Positions 52,423-62,229 of a DNA stretch of 64,000 nt are shown here, one piece after another. The stretch's first letter is position 1, and each line of letters begins with the position of its first letter. A program made the translations under genes and the position numbers. The stretch spans positions 34,532 to 98,531 of the forward strand of contig PMOL01000017.1 in assembly GCA_003162415.1 (NCBI GenBank), written 5' to 3'. The notes beneath the pieces were generated by a model, which searched no databases, was not told where the DNA came from, and saw only the letters and a program-made list of their open reading frames with translations. This DNA is from Candidatus Dormiibacterota bacterium. Lineage in GTDB: Bacteria; Chloroflexota; Dormibacteria; Aeolococcales; Aeolococcaceae.

Positions 52423-53760
52423 ATGCTCACATTTGAGGAACTCACGCAACTGGTCGACGCCGGGGACATCGACACGGTTGTCGTGGCGTTCACCGACATG
52501 CAGGGACGCTTGATGGGCAAGCGCATGCAGGCGCACTTTTTCGTCGAGGAGATGGGGCACAAGAATCCCATCGAAGGATGCAACTACCTGCTCGCTCTCG
52601 AGATGGAGATGGACCCGGTCCCCGGCTACGAGATCGCAAGCTGGGACCGGGGCTACGGCGACTTCACGATGGTTCCGGACTTCGAGACCATGCGCCGCAT
52701 TCCCTGGCTCGAGGGCACGGCGCTCGTGCTCTGCGACGTTGCCTGGAATGACGGCACTCCCGTCCGGCCGTCACCCCGTCAGGTGCTCAAGGCACAGGTG
52801 GAACGAGCGGCCGCCCTCGGCTATAAGCCGATGTTCGGATCCGAGCTCGAATTCTTTCTGATCAAGGAGACATACGCGCAGGCGCATGCCCAGCACTACC
52901 GGGATCTCACACCCTCGGTTCCGTACATCCTCGATTACCACATCCTCGCCACCAGCTACGACGAGCCGTTCATCCGCTCGGTACGCAACAACATGCAGGC
53001 GGCCGGGATGCGGGTCGAAACCTCCAAGGGAGAGGCGTGGCCAGGTCAGCAGGAGCTCAACTTCCGATATGACGACGCCGTCACCATGGCCGACAACCAC
53101 GTCATCTACAAGAACGGTATCAAGGAGATGGCGCAGCAACGCGGCTGCTCGGTGACCTTCATGGCCAAGCCCGATCACACCTGGATCGGCAGCTCGTGCC
53201 ACATCCACTCGAGCCTGTGGGGCGACGGCGGGACTGCACTGTTCTCCGGGGAGTCGCCGCTGTTCAAGCAGTATCTCGCCGGGTTGGTTGCAAACGCCGG
53301 AGAGTTCGCGGTGTTCCTCGCGCCGAACATCAACTCCTACAAGCGCTACGCGGCCGGCAGCTGGGCGCCGACGACACTCGCGTGGGGTTACGACAACCGC
53401 ACCTGCGGCTTCCGCGTCGTGGGCCACGGCAAGTCGCTGCGGGTCGAATGCCGCATCCCGGGGGCGGATGCCAATCCGTACCTCGCCTTCGCGGCATTAC
53501 TTGCGGCGGGCCTGGACGGCATTGAGAAGCAGTTGGACCTACCACCCGCATTCACCGGCAACGCCTACGAGTCGGACGTCAAGCGTTTCCCGCACACACT
53601 CAACGAGGCAATCGGCACGCTCGAACGCGGCACGGTCGCGCGCGCCGCATTTGGCGACGACGTCATCGATCACTACCTGAACTACGCGCGCACCGAGCAG
53701 CAGCTCTTCGACAAAGCGGTCACCTGCTACGAGCGCGAACGCTTCTTCGAGCGCGGATGA
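52423..53760 (+). CDS. glutamine-synthetase-family ligase (gamma-glutamyl-polyamine-synthetase-like)
   Basis: GSELEFFL, KGEAWPGQQELNF, SCHIHSSLW and NSYKRY motifs of the GS catalytic domain. 445 aa. Confidence 0.85.
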   Translation: MLTFEELTQLVDAGDIDTVVVAFTDMQGRLMGKRMQAHFFVEEMGHKNPIEGCNYLLALEMEMDPVPGYEIASWDRGYGDFTMVPDFETMRRIPWLEGTALVLCDVAWNDGTPVRPSPRQVLKAQVERAAALGYKPMFGSELEFFLIKETYAQAHAQHYRDLTPSVPYILDYHILATSYDEPFIRSVRNNMQAAGMRVETSKGEAWPGQQELNFRYDDAVTMADNHVIYKNGIKEMAQQRGCSVTFMAKPDHTWIGSSCHIHSSLWGDGGTALFSGESPLFKQYLAGLVANAGEFAVFLAPNINSYKRYAAGSWAPTTLAWGYDNRTCGFRVVGHGKSLRVECRIPGADANPYLAFAALLAAGLDGIEKQLDLPPAFTGNAYESDVKRFPHTLNEAIGTLERGTVARAAFGDDVIDHYLNYARTEQQLFDKAVTCYERERFFERG

Positions 53761-55109
53761 CGCTCCGGCTGGTGAACCCGGCCACGGGGCAGCCCCTGGC
53801 AGAGCTCGAACAGGCTGGGGTGGCCGAGACTGACGGTGCCGTCGCCGCTGCAAAGGCGGCGTTCCCCGCCTGGCGGGCGGTCGCACCCTCCGACCGAGCA
53901 CGGCTGCTTCGCCGGCTCGCACGACTCGTCGAGGACCATCGCGAGGAACTCGCCCTGCTGGAAACCAGGAACGTGGGCAAGCCGATTGCGGACTCGCGCG
54001 GCGAGATCGGCATGGTTGCCGAGGTGTTCCACTACTACGCGGGCGCCGTCGACAAGCATTTCGGTCAGACCATCCCGGTCGCGGGCGGTGTCGACATGAC
54101 CTTCCGCGAGCCACTCGGTGTGGTTGGGTTGATCGTGCCCTGGAACTTCCCGCTGAACATTGCAAGCTGGAAGGTCGGGCCTGCGCTCGCGAGTGGGAAC
54201 ACCGTGGTGCTGAAGCCGGCTGAGTTGACCCCGATGACCGCGATCCGGCTTGCGGAGCTCGCCCTCGAGGCGGGCATTCCGGCGGGTGTGCTCAACGTCG
54301 TGGTGGGACCGGGTCGGGTTGTCGGTGAGCGCCTCATCCACCACCCCGACGTTGCCAAGATCGGCTTCACCGGTTCCACAGAGGTCGGGATCGAGGTCAT
54401 GCGCGCGGCCGCCGAGAGCATCAAGCGCGTCACCCTCGAGCTGGGTGGCAAGTCGGCCAATATCGTGTTCGGCGACGCCGACCTGGAGCGCGCGGCTGCG
54501 GCCGCCCCGTACGCGGTCTTCGGCAACGCCGGCCAGGACTGTTGCGCGCGTTCACGTGTGCTCGTCCAGCGAGATGTCTACGACCGCTTTGTCTCGTTGC
54601 TGATCACTGCGACGGACGCGCTTCGCGTCGGTGACCCCGAGGATGATGCGACCGAGATGGGACCGCTCGTGTCGGCGAACCATCGCAGCACCGTCGCGTC
54701 GTTCGTCGAATCCCAGCCGCTCTTTACCGGATCGATCCCCGATGGCCCGGGTTTCTGGTATCCGTGCACGCTCGTCGAGGCAACCAATGAGGACCGCATC
54801 GCCCGAGAGGAGGTCTTCGGGCCGGTCGCCGCGATCATCCCGTTCACGGACGAGGCAGACGCGGTGCGGATCGCCAACGACACGCCATACGGCCTGTCCG
54901 GATCGATCTGGACGACCAACGGCGCCCGTGCGCTGCGTGTCGCGCGCGCCCTGGACATCGGGGTGCTGTCGATCAACAGCAATTCCTCGGTGCGGGTTTC
55001 GACACCGTTCGGAGGTTTCAAGCAGTCGGGGTTCGGTCGCGAGCTCGGGATGAACGGTCTCGACGGCTACTCCGAGGTCAAGAACGTCTTCATATCCACG
55101 GAGGGCTGA
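53757..55109 (+). CDS. NAD(P)-dependent aldehyde dehydrogenase
   Basis: IVPWNFP, ELGGKSA and the catalytic Cys in NAGQDCCA. ATGA overlap with the ligase gene. Confidence 0.9.
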   Translation: MTLRLVNPATGQPLAELEQAGVAETDGAVAAAKAAFPAWRAVAPSDRARLLRRLARLVEDHREELALLETRNVGKPIADSRGEIGMVAEVFHYYAGAVDKHFGQTIPVAGGVDMTFREPLGVVGLIVPWNFPLNIASWKVGPALASGNTVVLKPAELTPMTAIRLAELALEAGIPAGVLNVVVGPGRVVGERLIHHPDVAKIGFTGSTEVGIEVMRAAAESIKRVTLELGGKSANIVFGDADLERAAAAAPYAVFGNAGQDCCARSRVLVQRDVYDRFVSLLITATDALRVGDPEDDATEMGPLVSANHRSTVASFVESQPLFTGSIPDGPGFWYPCTLVEATNEDRIAREEVFGPVAAIIPFTDEADAVRIANDTPYGLSGSIWTTNGARALRVARALDIGVLSINSNSSVRVSTPFGGFKQSGFGRELGMNGLDGYSEVKNVFISTEG

Positions 55110-55116
55110 CACAGAG

Positions 55117-55884
55117 ATGGGACGCCTCGACGGCAAGGTTGCGGTGATCACGGGCGCCGCGGGTGGAATCGGCCGGGAGGCGGCGCTGCTGTTTTCCGCG
55201 GAGGGAGCGGCGGTCGTCGTCGCCGACACCGGACGCTCCGCCGGAGCACAGACGGCGGCCGAATGCGGGCGCGCGACCTTCGTCGAGGTCGATGTGAGCG
55301 ACGCCGCCAGCGTCGCCGAGATGTATGCGACCGCTGTCGTGACCTATGGCGGCGTCGACATCCTCTACAACAACGCGGGAATCATGCCGCCCGATGATGA
55401 CTCAATCCTCACCACCGAACCCGACGCATGGGACCGCGTGCAGGCCGTCAACGCAAAGGGTGTCTATCTCTGCTGCAAGTACGGGATACCGCATCTGCTC
55501 GAGCGTGGCGGCGGCTCGGTGATCAACGTCGCGTCATTCGTTGCCCTGGTGGGAGCTGCGACCTCCCAGATCGCCTACACGGCGTCGAAGGGCGCGGTGC
55601 TGTCGATGAGCCGCGAGCTCGCCGTCCAGTTCGCCCGCCAGGGGGTTCGAGTCAACGCGTTGTGCCCCGGACCGGTCGAGACGCCGCTGCTCATGCGCCT
55701 CTTTGCGGACAACCCCGATGCGTATGAGCGACGCCGTGTCCATCTGCCGATGGGCCGGCTGGCGACCGCACGCGAGATCGCCAATGCGGCGCTGTTCCTC
55801 GCCGGAGATGAGTCCTCCTACGTGAACGGCGCAACCTTCCTCGTGGACGGTGGGCTCACGGCCGCATACGTGACGCCAGAGTAG
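55117..55884 (+). CDS. short-chain dehydrogenase/reductase
   Basis: TGAAGGIG cofactor motif, NNAG, and YTASKGAV catalytic motif. Confidence 0.9.
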   Translation: MGRLDGKVAVITGAAGGIGREAALLFSAEGAAVVVADTGRSAGAQTAAECGRATFVEVDVSDAASVAEMYATAVVTYGGVDILYNNAGIMPPDDDSILTTEPDAWDRVQAVNAKGVYLCCKYGIPHLLERGGGSVINVASFVALVGAATSQIAYTASKGAVLSMSRELAVQFARQGVRVNALCPGPVETPLLMRLFADNPDAYERRRVHLPMGRLATAREIANAALFLAGDESSYVNGATFLVDGGLTAAYVTPE

Positions 55885-55990
55885 TGCCTCGCGACGATCG
55901 GCCCTGTAACCCCGCGGCATACTCTCGACATCTCTGATTCACTCCGACCGACCGCGGCCGGCCCGATCCCCGGTGTCATGATCCAAGCGC

Positions 55991-57091
55991 ATGGTTGTTG
56001 AGGCGGCGATCCGCTCCGCGGCGCTGCCCGATCACCGCGCGGGGTGGCCGGTCCTCGCGCCGGTCACCATCGACGGGTTCGGCACGGCGGTACCCGCGCA
56101 TCGGGTCGACGGTGACGAGGTCCTTCGCCTCATCGCACAGGTCTGGCCCCGGCTTGCGCGGCGCGTCAGCCTCTTCACCGAGGAGCTCTCCGGCAGCCAC
56201 CGCTTCCTGGTGCGCCCGATCGACGAAGCGCTGCTTCCGCTAACCCCCGGCGAGCAGGCGGTTCGATACGCGGCCGAAGCCACACCGCTCGCCATCACGG
56301 CGGCAGAACGAGCGATCGTGAACGCCGGCACCGCCATCGCGGACATAGGACTCATCGTTGTCTCGTCGTGCACAGGCTTCGTGCTCCCCGGCGTGGACGT
56401 GCAGTTGATCAACCATCTGGGCCTCCGGCGCGATATCCGGCGCATGCCGTTCATGAATTTCGGTTGTGCTGGGGGCGCGGCGGCACTGACCTGGGCATCC
56501 GACTGGGTGCGTTCCCACCCCGATGAGGCGGCGCTGGTGGTTGCGGTGGAGGTGCCGTCGCTGACCTTCCGGCCTGCCGATACCTCCGCTGACAATCTGC
56601 TGAGCGTCCTCGTCTTCGGTGATGGCGCCAGCGCGTCGGTGCTCCACTGTGGGGCTGCCCCGGGCCACATCGGGATCGGCAGGACCGGCCATCAACTGGT
56701 CGCGTCGAGCACCGACGCGCTCGGCTTCGAGCGCGCGGACGACGGCTTCCGGGTCGTGGTGTCGCGCCAGCTGCCCCGGCTCCTCGAGGCGCACCTCCCC
56801 GCGCTCGTCGCTGATTTCATCGGCGACGCAGCCGACCTCGATGTCATCGCGCTTCATCCCGGCGGCCAGGCGATCGTCGACGCGGTCATCCGGTGCCTCG
56901 GCCTGCGTGAGGGTCAGCTGGACGCAACTCAGAGGGTCATGCGCAATGTCGGCAACACATCCTCGGCCGCGATCCTGTTCGTGCTCGAGGAGCTCGCCGC
57001 CAATCTTCCGGTGGCTGGGGGCCGTGGACTCGCCACCGCGTTCGGCCCGGGGCTGACGGTCGAGTTCATCGAGCTGCTCTGGGCTTCATGA
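55991..57091 (+). CDS. type III polyketide synthase (chalcone-synthase superfamily)
   Basis: Catalytic triad contexts VVSSCTGFVLPG (Cys), HPGGQAIVD (His) and GNTSSAAI (Asn). Confidence 0.85.
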   Translation: MVVEAAIRSAALPDHRAGWPVLAPVTIDGFGTAVPAHRVDGDEVLRLIAQVWPRLARRVSLFTEELSGSHRFLVRPIDEALLPLTPGEQAVRYAAEATPLAITAAERAIVNAGTAIADIGLIVVSSCTGFVLPGVDVQLINHLGLRRDIRRMPFMNFGCAGGAAALTWASDWVRSHPDEAALVVAVEVPSLTFRPADTSADNLLSVLVFGDGASASVLHCGAAPGHIGIGRTGHQLVASSTDALGFERADDGFRVVVSRQLPRLLEAHLPALVADFIGDAADLDVIALHPGGQAIVDAVIRCLGLREGQLDATQRVMRNVGNTSSAAILFVLEELAANLPVAGGRGLATAFGPGLTVEFIELLWAS

Positions 57092-57687
57092 ACCGTCGGG
57101 CGCGCACCGTGCTGGTGCTCGCGAACGGGGCGCAGCGGCTTGTCGAGCTGCGGATCTCCGCCCGGAACCGGGTTCGTCTGGGAGACGCGGAGCAGGCGTC
57201 GCCATCCACGTACCCGGCGATGGTTGCCACGCACGTCGCACTCTTCGCGGTCTGCGTCTGGCCGCGGCCCGGGCGGCGGGTGCCGAGATCCGTGGAGATT
57301 GCGGCGCTTGCCGGTCTGGCGGCGGCGACCGGCCTGCGTCTGTGGGTGATCCGGACGCTCGGGACCAGCTGGAACGTGACCGCCCATGTGCCGTCCGGCA
57401 TGCATGTGGAGACCGGTGGTCCCTATCGCTGGATACGGCATCCGAACTACGTTGCCGTAGGTCTGGAGTTCCTGTGTCTGCCGCTCGCGGTGGGGGCGGT
57501 TCCGGAGGCCGTGTTCCTTTCGCTCGCCAACGCCGCCGTCCTCGTCCCTCGGATTCGCGCCGAGGAGCGCCTGCTCGATGCCGTCCCGGGCTATCGCGAG
57601 GCGTTCCATGGCGTCCCCTGGTTCATTCCGCGGCGCGAACGCCGAAGCGTCAGATTCCTGCCAGGGACAGCCAGTCCCGTCGCGTGA
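57088..57687 (+). CDS. isoprenylcysteine carboxyl methyltransferase (ICMT) family membrane methyltransferase
   Basis: ATGA overlap with the PKS gene. GPYRWIRHPNYVAVGLEF motif. Multiple TM segments. Confidence 0.8.
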   Translation: MNRRARTVLVLANGAQRLVELRISARNRVRLGDAEQASPSTYPAMVATHVALFAVCVWPRPGRRVPRSVEIAALAGLAAATGLRLWVIRTLGTSWNVTAHVPSGMHVETGGPYRWIRHPNYVAVGLEFLCLPLAVGAVPEAVFLSLANAAVLVPRIRAEERLLDAVPGYREAFHGVPWFIPRRERRSVRFLPGTASPVA

Positions 57688-58828
57688 GGTCCCGGAAGCT
57701 CTGGTATCCGCAGTTGATGGCGACCAGCTTTCCAAGTGCGGCCGGATTCCGCGCCGCTCTCCGGATGGCCCGGCGGCTGAGTGAGGGAGACCGCGCCAGG
57801 AAGAGGGCAAGCTGCGTCAGCCGGCGCCGCTCTCGCACCAGCTCGGCATGATCGCGGGCGTAATCAGCCGCAGCGACCTCTGCTGAGATGCGACCGCTGA
57901 GGAAATCGCTCGCGTGCTTCGCCAGGCGCTCGGCGAGGAGCATCCCGATGGCGATGCCATCGCCCGTGGTCGGATCGTCGTACCCGGATGCGTCCCCGAC
58001 CAGGAAGAGCCCACCCTCAGCGACGGTTCGCACCCGCTGATGAAAGTGTGCCGCTCCGAGCGGACCTGAAACCAGCTCAGCGCCTCGGAGCGCCGGAACG
58101 CTTCGACGTGCGGCAGCTGCGTATTCCCGGGCCGTGACCGGGTGACGGTTCCGGTAGCTCAGGATCGACACGAGCAAGAGATCCGGTCCGACCGGTGCCT
58201 CGTACCACTCGTGACTCCCTGCGAGGGTCACGTTGATGGCATCCCGGGCGCTCGTCTCCATCCGCCAATGGCCGGCGAGCCCGTAGCGCATGCGCGCTCG
58301 GGGTGGAATGCTCAGCCCTGACCAGGCACGGATCGGGGAATGCAGCCCGTCGGCGGCAATAACAATCCGTCCCTGGATTTCGCCCGCGGTGGTGGTCACA
58401 CCGGTGACGGTTGCCGAGGCGTTGCGGAGAAGCCCCGTGACCCGCTCGCCCTCGCGGACGGTGGCCCGGGGCTCGTCTCGCACCGCTTCGACGAGGACCG
58501 CATCGAAGGTGATGCGGCGCACACCCAGCCCATGCGCGGGTCCACCACCGGGCGGCACCGGAAACGGGACGTTGACCCGGGGGCGAGCTCCCGGAAGCTG
58601 ATAGGTGACGCCTCGGAGCGGGCGCGCACCGGTTGCGAGCACCCTCTCGTAGAGGCCCATCCTGCGCAGGGCGTCAACGCCGGGCGGCATGACGCCCTCG
58701 CCACACGCCTTGTCGCGCGGGAATCTGGCACGGTCCACGAGGACCACGTCGTGACCGAGCCTGGCCAGGAGCAGCGCAGTCGTCGCCCCGCTCGGACCCG
58801 CGCCAACCACCACGGCGTCGGTCTGCAT
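57650..58828 (-). CDS. FAD-dependent oxidoreductase (geranylgeranyl-reductase/aromatic-hydroxylase-like)
   Basis: DAVVVGAGPSGATTALLLARLG..DKACGEG motif and GDASGYDDPTTGDGI. ATG at 58828. 38-nt convergent overlap with the ICMT gene. Confidence 0.85.
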   Translation of the reverse strand: MQTDAVVVGAGPSGATTALLLARLGHDVVLVDRARFPRDKACGEGVMPPGVDALRRMGLYERVLATGARPLRGVTYQLPGARPRVNVPFPVPPGGGPAHGLGVRRITFDAVLVEAVRDEPRATVREGERVTGLLRNASATVTGVTTTAGEIQGRIVIAADGLHSPIRAWSGLSIPPRARMRYGLAGHWRMETSARDAINVTLAGSHEWYEAPVGPDLLLVSILSYRNRHPVTAREYAAAARRSVPALRGAELVSGPLGAAHFHQRVRTVAEGGLFLVGDASGYDDPTTGDGIAIGMLLAERLAKHASDFLSGRISAEVAAADYARDHAELVRERRRLTQLALFLARSPSLSRRAIRRAARNPAALGKLVAINCGYQSFRDLTRRDWLSLAGI

Positions 58829-58897
58829 CAGCGGCCACTGTCGCAGAACGGGGCCGTTCCAGGCGTATCGCGCGGGCGGGCATCGCGCCGACTTCGG

Positions 58898-60157
58898 GTG
58901 GATGATGTTCCGGTGAACTTTCTGTCGGGCCTGCACGGCGCGGTCGCTCTCGCCCTGCTCCCCGCGCTCCTGTTCGCCGAGGAAGCGGGCGTCCCGTTGC
59001 CCTTTGCTCCCGGGGAGCTCACCCTCCTGGTCGCCGGTCTGCTCATCGCATCGGGAGGCCTGAACCCGTACGCCTTCATCCCCCTGTCGCTGGTTGCCTG
59101 CATCGCGGGCTCGCTGGTCGGCTACAGCTGGGCGAGGGCCGTGGGCGATCGCGGTCTCAGAGGGCTGGCCCGGCGCCTACGCCAGCAGCGCAACCTCGAG
59201 CGGGTCGAGGAGCGGCTCCGCGCCGCCGGATGGAGAGGGATTGCGATCAGCAGGTTGATCCCGGGGCTGCGCATCTACACGACGTTGGTCGCGGGTGCCG
59301 TTCGCGCTCCACGGCGCTCCTTCATTATCGCGATGGTCTCTTCGACGGTTGTCTGGGTCGGGGTGTACGTCGCCCTCGGGATCCTCATCGGCGTCCCGGT
59401 GGAGCACTTCCTCGATCAGATCCAGAAGCTCGCGGTCCAGGGGGCGATCCTCATCGTGATGGGCGTCGGCTGCTATCTCGCGGTACGCAAGACGCCGTCC
59501 TCGTCGGGGGCCGGCCTGGTGCGCGTCCCACGCTGGGTGCGCGTCGTGCTCGCCGCATTGCTCGACATCGGCGTTGTGGCCAGCATCGTCACCGGCCTCC
59601 TTGCCCTCGGGCGTCTGCTCGGTGTCGGATTCGGGAGCGGCTGGATTGACGGCGTTGTCGTCCTTCTGGTCGTCGGCGCGTTCTACGTGATCGTCGCCAG
59701 GCGCAGCGCCGGGGCGACGGCCGGCGAGGTGCTGCTCCAGACGAGCTATGTGAGCGGGCATGGCCTGCCGCTCAAGCCACGAGCCGCACTCGATGCTGTG
59801 CGCTCATTGGTGACCAGGTCGGACGATGAGCTGACCGCCACCGGCGACCTGCTCCATGCCCTCGGTGATCCCGACCGGCTCCGGATCGTGACCCAACTGC
59901 TGGACCGACCCCAGAGGCTCGAAGAACTGGCTGCCCGCACGAAGCTGTCCCCGTTCGAGGTCCGTCATCAGCTGGATCGGTTTGAGTCGACCGGAGTGCT
60001 GGTCGTCAGCGGCCAGGAACCGAACGCAACGTACTCGATCCGCGGAGACCTCCGTCATGTTCTGGCGCAACTGCTTGCGATCGTGGAGTCGACAGCAAGC
60101 GCTGCTCCGCAACCCGAGGCGACGCCGGCTCCCGCACCTGCCAACCCCGTCGGTTGA
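58898..60157 (+). CDS. fusion protein: DedA-family membrane domain + RDD-like TM domain + C-terminal ArsR-type winged HTH
   Basis: EEAGVPLPFAPGE and SRLIPGLRIYTTLVAG (DedA). RWVRVVLAALLDIGV..ARRSAGATAGEVLL (RDD-like). LGDPDRLRIVTQLL..LEELAARTKLSPFEVRHQLDRFESTGVL (ArsR). The start is the GTG at 58898 or 58913. Confidence 0.75.
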   Translation: MDDVPVNFLSGLHGAVALALLPALLFAEEAGVPLPFAPGELTLLVAGLLIASGGLNPYAFIPLSLVACIAGSLVGYSWARAVGDRGLRGLARRLRQQRNLERVEERLRAAGWRGIAISRLIPGLRIYTTLVAGAVRAPRRSFIIAMVSSTVVWVGVYVALGILIGVPVEHFLDQIQKLAVQGAILIVMGVGCYLAVRKTPSSSGAGLVRVPRWVRVVLAALLDIGVVASIVTGLLALGRLLGVGFGSGWIDGVVVLLVVGAFYVIVARRSAGATAGEVLLQTSYVSGHGLPLKPRAALDAVRSLVTRSDDELTATGDLLHALGDPDRLRIVTQLLDRPQRLEELAARTKLSPFEVRHQLDRFESTGVLVVSGQEPNATYSIRGDLRHVLAQLLAIVESTASAAPQPEATPAPAPANPVG

Positions 60158-60259
60158 CCCACGGGCCGGGCTCGCTCAACATTCCCGACTTCTCGGTGGT
60201 AACCAACGTCGCGCCGAAGGCGCTCGACGGGGTCTGCTGACCCAGGCCTGCGCAGTAGG

Positions 60260-60299
60260 GAGGGCGGGGTGTCTCCCCAACGCCTCGCCCTTCATTTTC
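60260..60299 (+). terminator. candidate intrinsic terminator between convergent genes
   Basis: Imperfect GC hairpin GAGGGCGGGG-TGTCT-CCCCAACGCCTC followed by a TTCATTTT tract. Confidence 0.3.
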
Positions 60300-60316
60300 A
60301 CCAGCGCCCGAGGCGG

Positions 60317-61336
60317 TCAGAGTGCCCCTACCAACAGCGCGCACGCGGCTGCCATCAAGGCAGTCGCAGGGATGGTGAGCGCCCAGGCGACGAGGATGTT
60401 GCGCGCGACCCCCCAGCGCACCGCGCCAAGCCGCCGGGTGGCTCCTGCGCCCATGACCGCGCCGGAGACGACGTGGGTAGTGCTCACCGGCAGTGCGAGC
60501 TGGGTGGCGCCCTGAATCACCACGGCTGCCATGGTCTGGGCGCAGAAACCGTCGACCGGCTCGAGTCTGATCACCTTCATCCCGAGGGTTCGGATGATCC
60601 GCCAGCCACCCGCATAGGTTCCGAACCCGATCGCCGTCGCCGCGAGCAGCACCACCCACAGCGGCGGAGAGGGAAACGTCTTTCCGCCGGCCGAGAGCAC
60701 GCCGGCACTGACCAGCGCGAGGGTGATGACGCCCATGGTCTTCTGCGCGTCGTTGGCTCCGTGCGAGAAGGACACGAACGCCCCCGACGCGATCTGAGCG
60801 AGACGAAACCTTCGATTCATCGGACTCGGCTGCGCTTTCCAGAAGATGTCGAGGGTGAGGATGGTGAAGAGGTAGGCGAGCACCAGACCAACCAGCGGCG
60901 ACACCAGCAGCGCGATGACCACCGGAACCACCGAGCCCCACTTCACGGCCTCGATCCCGTATGCGACCACACCCATCCCGATGAGTGCACCGATGAGAGC
61001 GTGCGAGGAGCTCGAAGGCAGGCCCAATCGCCATGTGACCAGGTTCCAGATGATCGCTCCAACGAGCGCCGCGATGATCATGCCCAGAGACACGCCGTGC
61101 TTCGGGGACACCAGTCCTCCGATTGTGTTGGCAACGTCTGTATGCAGGACCTCGATGGCGATCAGAGCCCCGAGAAGGTTGAAGGCGGCCGACATGGCGA
61201 CAGCGGTGCGCGGCCCGAGCGCTCGGGTGCTGATCGAGGTCGCAACCGCGTTCGCGGTGTCGTGGAACCCGTTGGTGAAATCGAATCCGAGCGCAATGAC
61301 CACGGTCACGACCAGCAGCAGATCGGCGCTGGTCAC
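60317..61336 (-). CDS. inorganic phosphate transporter, PiT family
   Basis: GFDFTNGFHDTANAVATSI signature repeated as SFSHGANDAQKTMG. About 10 TM segments. The GTG at 61336 overlaps the upstream stop (GTGA). Confidence 0.9.
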   Translation of the reverse strand: MTSADLLLVVTVVIALGFDFTNGFHDTANAVATSISTRALGPRTAVAMSAAFNLLGALIAIEVLHTDVANTIGGLVSPKHGVSLGMIIAALVGAIIWNLVTWRLGLPSSSSHALIGALIGMGVVAYGIEAVKWGSVVPVVIALLVSPLVGLVLAYLFTILTLDIFWKAQPSPMNRRFRLAQIASGAFVSFSHGANDAQKTMGVITLALVSAGVLSAGGKTFPSPPLWVVLLAATAIGFGTYAGGWRIIRTLGMKVIRLEPVDGFCAQTMAAVVIQGATQLALPVSTTHVVSGAVMGAGATRRLGAVRWGVARNILVAWALTIPATALMAAACALLVGAL

Positions 61337-61953
61337 GCGTTCTTGATGATGATGCCTTCGATGACGTTGGCGACGTCCTCGCAACGGTCAAGCGAATCCT
61401 CGAGCAGCGTGTAGAAGTCCTTGAGCTTGATGATCGTCACGGCGTCATGCCGCCCGCTGAAGAGCTCGCCGATCGCGCGCCGTGACTCGTTGTCGCCGAC
61501 GTTCTCGATGCGGTGGACCTCGATGCCGTGGTCGCTCACCCCGGACTTCGATTCGAGCTTCGAAACGGCACCCTGGATCTGGATGGCCGCCTCGACGATC
61601 AGTCCGGCCATGGATTTCGCCGCGGCGGAGATATCCGTGATGCCGTAGAGGATGATCGTCTCCGCGATCTCATCGATGTAGTCGAGCACGTCGTCGAGCC
61701 CGGAGCTCAACGAGTAGATGTCCTCACGTTCGAAGGGCGTGATGAAGGTCCGATGCAGGGTCTGGATGATCTCGTGGGTGAGCTCGTCGCCGGCATGCTC
61801 CAGGTCCTTGATCGCCATCTGGTGCGCGGGCATCGCCGTGATCGCATCGTCGAAGGCCGCGCGAAGCAGCCGAGCCGCGGCCACCACGTTGCCGGCCTGA
61901 CGATCGAAGAGCTCGTAGAAGCGGCGTTCACGGCGCAGGAGGGTGATCGGCAT
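61333..61953 (-). CDS. DUF47 / PhoU-like phosphate-transport accessory protein
   Basis: FYELFDRQA.., HAGDELTHEI, ITPFEREDIYSL and DDVLDYIDE motifs. Canonical partner of PiT. Confidence 0.85.
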   Translation of the reverse strand: MPITLLRRERRFYELFDRQAGNVVAAARLLRAAFDDAITAMPAHQMAIKDLEHAGDELTHEIIQTLHRTFITPFEREDIYSLSSGLDDVLDYIDEIAETIILYGITDISAAAKSMAGLIVEAAIQIQGAVSKLESKSGVSDHGIEVHRIENVGDNESRRAIGELFSGRHDAVTIIKLKDFYTLLEDSLDRCEDVANVIEGIIIKNA

Positions 61954-62229
61954 GGACGCCGCAGATACTACCTTTGCGACGAGGGGGTCACTCGCGCGCC
62001 ACAGATCTCCGAACGCTCGTGCAGTCCGGGGCGAGAGCAGCGAATCTTTCTCAAGGCTCTGCTCCGGGCCGCGCGACACGTCATTGCGGGTTGGGGCCCC
62101 GCGGGGGATCGAGACATCGCTGACGTCACCGGGCCGTCCTCTCCGGAGGGTGTACCGCGTGGCCACCAGTGGCAGCGTCGACCTGTCCTGAGCCTGCTCG
62201 TCCGCGCCGCGGTCGTCATCGTCCCGGCC

